Source: Rhodosorus marinus CCMP1338 (lineage: Eukaryota; Plantae; Rhodophyta). From it: a DNA stretch of 64,000 bases. A model generated the notes under the pieces. It searched no databases and was not told where the DNA came from. It was given only the letters and a program-made list of their open reading frames with translations. This document shows, piece by piece, positions 58,915 through 64,000 of the stretch. The DNA is taken from contig JAMWBK010000002.1 in assembly GCA_029953675.1 (NCBI GenBank), positions 3,038,001 through 3,102,000 on the forward strand, read 5' to 3'. The position numbers were made by a program, and so were the translations under genes. How positions within the stretch are numbered: the stretch's first letter is position 1; the number at the start of each line of letters is the position of its first letter.

Positions 58915-61076
58915 GGTGTAATGTCAGAGCCCATTCTCCAGCGATGGTCGGGTTTAGCTATCCACCAGATCCCTAAGTGTGAGCACAGGTCAAGTGCAAT
59001 TCCTACCTTTGTCGAGAACACTCTCGCGTTCTCCTCTCCCGACGTCACCACAAAAGGCAAAGGAGAGAAACTCCCCCCCCCCCCTCCCCCAAAAAAATTT
59101 CACACAGAAGGTCAACCCCCACAACCCAGAAAAGCCTTCCCCTCAAACAGGAAAACCAATTAGCAGACCACCTACGACCAACAACAAACCAACCAAATCA
59201 ACCCAACAAATTCACACATAACCCCAATCCTCAACCCCAACAACACACCCACCTCTTTCCCCAAATTCCCTCTTTCCTGAACGACCTACCCTGAAATATT
59301 AAAAATTGGTAGAAAGATATAATATCACCCATACACCTTGCGACTCTTCTACCTTCTCGTGCCTCTCCGCCACCTCCATACCCAATCGTGATGCTGGCAT
59401 TCGACTAACCCCAATTATATTAGATTCCTACTCAGAGCCTTGCGTCAAATCGCAGTTGAGACCTGACCAAAAACTAACTTTTTACATATATCTTCAATAG
59501 GGTCCTTTCCTCCCCCATTCGTCGACCTTTTCGAATTTGTGGAAGCTTTTTCAAAGTTCTTTGACTTTTTCCCTTTTTTCATAGTTCGCCCGAGCTTTTG
59601 TGTATTTTCTTTCCCCCCCTTACCAGTCTTTTCAATAGGGTCCAAGAATCTGCTTTTTATTCATTTATTCATATTAGTACGAGTACTTGATCTTTTGCTG
59701 AGTACCCCTTATTGCCGATCTTTAGCGGCATTGCAATAGGACGAAAAGAGATTTACAAACGGAGAAAAATTGCAACCCCTTGAGATAAGTTTTAATTTTA
59801 TGGATAGCCTTAATTTGTTATGGTTAGACATTAGAATAGGATTTAATTATGCCTAAGAGGAGGGGTCAGTGATCGCGCTTGAGTTACACAGAGTTTCCAT
59901 ACTCTAGTAAAAACTACGTAGGGGAAGATAAAATTGGAACGGGCGGGACTAACTCTGTAAAAAGAAACTATAAAAAAGCATTTTGCTTGTTTATTTCGGC
60001 CTATAGGGGTGGCACCAACGTACCATCAGCCTTTTTTCACATTCGCGTCCATCTTAAAAATTCGCAGAACTTGAAAGGGAGCTTGCAACAATTAAAAAAA
60101 AACAACTCTTGGATTCAAATACGTCTGACCACGTTAGGGGGGGGGGAGGAAGAGAAAGCGAAACCCGTGCGTCAATTTGTCTTACAAAATTACTATGATT
60201 CCCCATAAAGCAATTTTCGTAAAGCAATTTTCTAGGGGGTTAGAACGTACTTGAAACATATCTTATTGCTCACCTACTTCGAAGTTTGAAGTGTTTTTAT
60301 TGGTCAAATGCGGTCCATCCGCAGACGCCTATTGCACAAAAATATAAATCGTCTTTCCATAAAAATTGGTAGAGATCTGCTCCCAATTGTCCGCTACCCG
60401 TTCCCCCCCCCTCACCCACGACAAAAATTCATGGCCTCCTTCCCGGATTGTCGTTTTTTTTGTTTTTCTTGAGTCGTCGCTTTCCAAAAAAGCCTTTTGA
60501 AAACTAGCACCAACCGCCATAATACCAGATCTCAAATTATTTTTACGTATTAATTGTTCTGCGAGTATCTTGTCTCCCTCATGCCTCTTCTTGTTTTTAT
60601 AAATAAAAAAGACTTCCTTGGAGTATTTACGGGTTCAATGCACAACCCTTATACGATCGATCCCACCAATCATTATCGAGATTGGCTCATTGTCGCCGCC
60701 AATTTGGAGAAAAATCTCCTGGTCAGAATAAATGATTGATAGGCGTATAATGACTGAATAGAAGTCGGAATGGGACAGAGCATGTCCCATGAGGTTTTGG
60801 GACATACGCGACGGAAATTTTTTTCTCCGCTTTTGAAATTTGAAAATAGTGAATTGCGGAATAGTTTGGGAAGCTCGCCGTTTTTTTGGACTCCGGAGCG
60901 GAATCGAACATGGTCCTGCTGGGTAGTGTAGGACTGCACCCACTGGGTTTCGGTTTCAGATGAGGGACGCTTGTTCTTTTTGGTATTTGGATTGAGAGGG
61001 ATAAGGTGGTTGGCTGTGATGGTGGGATGAAAGTAGGTAGATTGATGCTGTTTGCAACAATCTCTTGACTTGAAGA

Positions 61077-61651
61077 ATGAGCTCTTCGCTGTCATCTGGC
61101 GTGGATGACTCTCTGCGGAATCTTCAGATGGAGATGCTCCGCTCACAGGCAAACTTGGACTTCGTTGGAGAGAAGCTTTCTAGTACGTTCACGAAGACCT
61201 ATGAAGGTGCGGATCCAGTTCGAATTGTAGCCCGGCTACGAGAAGCCTATGCGGAGGCAAAGAGACTCCGAGATGAGTTCGACGATATAAATGATTCGAA
61301 GAACCGCATGGTCCACAAACTCTTGTCTCTCCTCCGTGAAAATGACAAACTCGCGGATGAGCTGCAGGCAATGCTTGGAGCAAATGGAAACAAGGATGTA
61401 TTTGAGGCTAGACAAAGGGTAGAGGTATGTATTAGTAGTTGCGAGTACCATTTTACAAGTCATCATTGGATCACAAATGAATCCACTGACAGACTTCTTG
61501 TCTCTCTCTCTTATCAATGTTTCAGATGTGCGCTGTAAAGTGGACCGATGCGTACCAGAACCTGACTTGCTCTCCGATGAAACTTCAAGCAGAGGGAGAT
61601 AAGCTTGATTCGCTCACAGAAACTTGGAAAGAAAACGTGCCGGACAACTAG
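61077..61651 (+). CDS. SKA2-like kinetochore protein (2 exons)
   Basis: VDDSLRNLQMEMLRSQANLDFVGEKL...DPVRIVARLRE resembles the SKA2 N-terminal coiled coil. GT-AG intron after QRVE. Confidence 0.6.
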
Positions 61652-61823
61652 AATTTCATTTCCACCATTGACCAGGTCGTAGTTTGCTGTATATTTCACT
61701 TCCTCGAACTCAGGCTCAAAGTAGCAAAAGGGAAAAACATAACCCCAGTAATTGCCACAAACTCACAAGGATTTGATAGTCTGCCGCAACCCTTAACACG
61801 CACATCACCACCGCGATAACCAG

Positions 61824-63359
61824 TTAGGAAGATGATTCTTCTGCTCTTCTCGTCAATAGCTTCTCCTTGACCCTTTCAACGGGTAGAGCATCGAGCTGCT
61901 TCAAATTTTCTAAGGTCAGGAGAACTCTTGTCTCGTAGTTGGGATCCTCAGCGAGGGGATTTCGTTCCAAGTAGACCGTGTGCAGCTCAGGAGCATTCAG
62001 GAGTACGTTCAGTGCCTCGAAGTCACTCAACTTGTTATCATTTGCCTAAAATTCCGAACACATGCAAGCAAACGATAACAGGTCAACTGGTCAATTCAGA
62101 ATCACAAACCCCGGCATTTTCCACGAACAGCTCGTTCAGAACTTTTGTCATTTCCTCACCCAGAAATCAACAAGCTTCGTCAACCTTTCCAAGCCCTGCA
62201 GTTTCTCTATTCTGTTGCTTGAAATATCTAACGTCTTGAGCTCGACCTACAGTTCAAGAATATAGTCAAGCCCATCTCAGCTTTTCATGGAGATCAGAAT
62301 TCCGGGCTATTCACGTGCATCCACTCACCAGCTCCTCAATACCCTCCATGCTCGTCAAGCCATTATGGCTCAAATACAACTCTTCCAGATTTCGTAAATG
62401 GGACAGGTTTTCAATCTTCGTCAACCGATTGCTCGGCATGCTGAGCACTTTGAGCTTCAACAACTTGTCGAGACCCTGCGAGCGAGAGGCAAGGGTTGAC
62501 TCAGATCGTCGATAGGCGAAGGAGGGAGATCGATGTTCAAGGGCATACCTGTAGCTGTGTAATCTTGTTCCTTCCAAGCCATAGACTCGTGAGGTTCGTG
62601 AAGGTATCAAGGTTTTCTATGACCTGGTCGACGCGAGCAGAGTGAAATCATGACGATTCAACATTATTCCAGAAGCTGAAGCTCAGAAATGGAAGTCTGG
62701 GAAGTTCTCACCTTGAGATGGTTGTCTCCTAGCTCGAGAAACTCGATTGTTGTGAGATGTTCGAGGCCTGTGATCTTGCCTATCTTGTTGTGTATCAGGT
62801 AGATCTCCTTCAACGCCGGAAGTTTTGCCAACCGGAACTCATTCAAATCCTTAACCTTGTTGAAGGACAGGTCGAGCTTCTCCAGGTTGTCCTTGTTTTT
62901 GAAAGATGTTTCTCTGATGTGCTTGATCTCGTTCATGAACAAGTCCAAGTCAACCAGCTCACCGAGATTCTCCAGGTTTTTCAACTCTTTTATAGCATTC
63001 TGACGAAGAATTAGCGTCTAAAGCGAGCCAAGAAACTGTTGAGATCCCTTAGTTGCAACAGGCCAGGCCAAAAATATCCCAAACAGCGTTCAAAGGCAAA
63101 GGCTTACTTTGAGCTTGGCACAGTGCGCCAGGTTTTCAATTTCCTTTACTTGGTTATTCGTCAAGTTCAGCTCCTAAGCGGTTAGTCAGAAAAGATCGCT
63201 CGGATTAGCCTGATGTTTGATTCATTGTCACTCGACCAATCCCTTTGCGCTCACCTCAGTATCATCGGGAATAGAGTACCCCTTCCCAATAGCTGAATTG
63301 GGCTCATATGACATATCTAGAACCTTGACAATGTTGGTCTCCGCGTTTTCCTCCTCCAT
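61824..63359 (-). CDS. SDS22: Protein phosphatase 1 regulatory subunit SDS22/PPP1R7 (LRR, multi-exon; start uncertain)
   Basis: About ten 22-aa LRRs (LDLFMNEI, LDLSFNKV, LELGDNHL, LSMPSNRLTKIENL, LYLSHNGL) and the cap VYLERNPL...YETRVLLTLENLKQLDA. Confidence 0.9.
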
Positions 63360-64000
63360 ACCAGCTAGACACCTCTGAATGCAGAGAGCCGGAAGTTCCT
63401 TCAGCGAAAGCCCAAAGACAAAGTCAATACAACCTAGGAACCCCTGCTTCGAACCGGACAGTCTTTCACAAATTTACTCTGCGCCAGGCTTCGCATAAGA
63501 TTTGCGCTCAATCTACCTCTGTGAATCCTCCCAAAAGCCTAATAACGGAGAACGTCGCGGACAGCAGTTCCATCCGGGCGACATGCCGACACACTACCCC
63601 AAATAAAAAACCCCCCGCTGACCCATATCAGGACAAAACAAAGCGCATGCCTCAGTCAGAGTTTCCGCAAACCCAAAACAATCATCCAAATTCACCAGAA
63701 GTTCTTCCAAAGCGGAGCCATCTCGATCTTCACTCGTCATTCCATCGAGTCTTCAACGGACCTCCATCCTTCTCACCACAGGACCTGAATTTACTAAGAT
63801 GGATACTAAAAAGTACTACTATGGCAGTAACCTCGATTTTCGGGGTTAAAGAACATTTTTGGACATGTACTAACGATTACACTAAAACGTGTACTACTAT
63901 TCTACTAAGTAGAAATTTGTACTATTTGCTTTTGCTGATGAGTGCGAACGAATGTCTTTGGACAAGGCGTTCCTTTACATCTGGAGCTCATGAGTTTTGT

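Overview
Gene-dense eukaryotic nuclear DNA with many short (about 70-130 nt) GT-AG introns. It is most likely from a red alga (inference: cyanobacterial-type Deg protease, plastid-targeted GatB and SirB with an early Phe in the transit peptide, compact introns). About 25 protein genes can be supported. Housekeeping genes: HtrA/Deg, HVA22/REEP-like, FIS1, GatB, PhnP-like MBL hydrolase, eIF4B-like, bL17, TMX2, SirB, GAR1, LYR protein, DHHC palmitoyltransferase, MoaC, NF-YA, SKA2-like, SDS22. Accessory elements: (1) a cluster of three intact, intronless 4xC2H2 zinc-finger genes plus one pseudogene sharing an unrecognised ~300-aa N-terminal domain with CxxC-x7-CxC; (2) two related ~180-195 bp tandem arrays 37 kb apart whose conserved core reads as branch point plus 3' splice site, one of which can be spliced on paper into four symmetric 57-nt mini-exons; (3) a FYVE-EHD fusion and a maspardin with a CUE/UBA-like extension; (4) prokaryote-type GH15 and transglutaminase-like genes that carry introns; (5) a dead hAT-like transposase and possible retroelement debris. 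No tRNA, rRNA or CRISPR array was seen. Exon boundaries were read by eye, family assignments come from recognised motifs rather than database searches, and some single-base frameshifts may be assembly errors.
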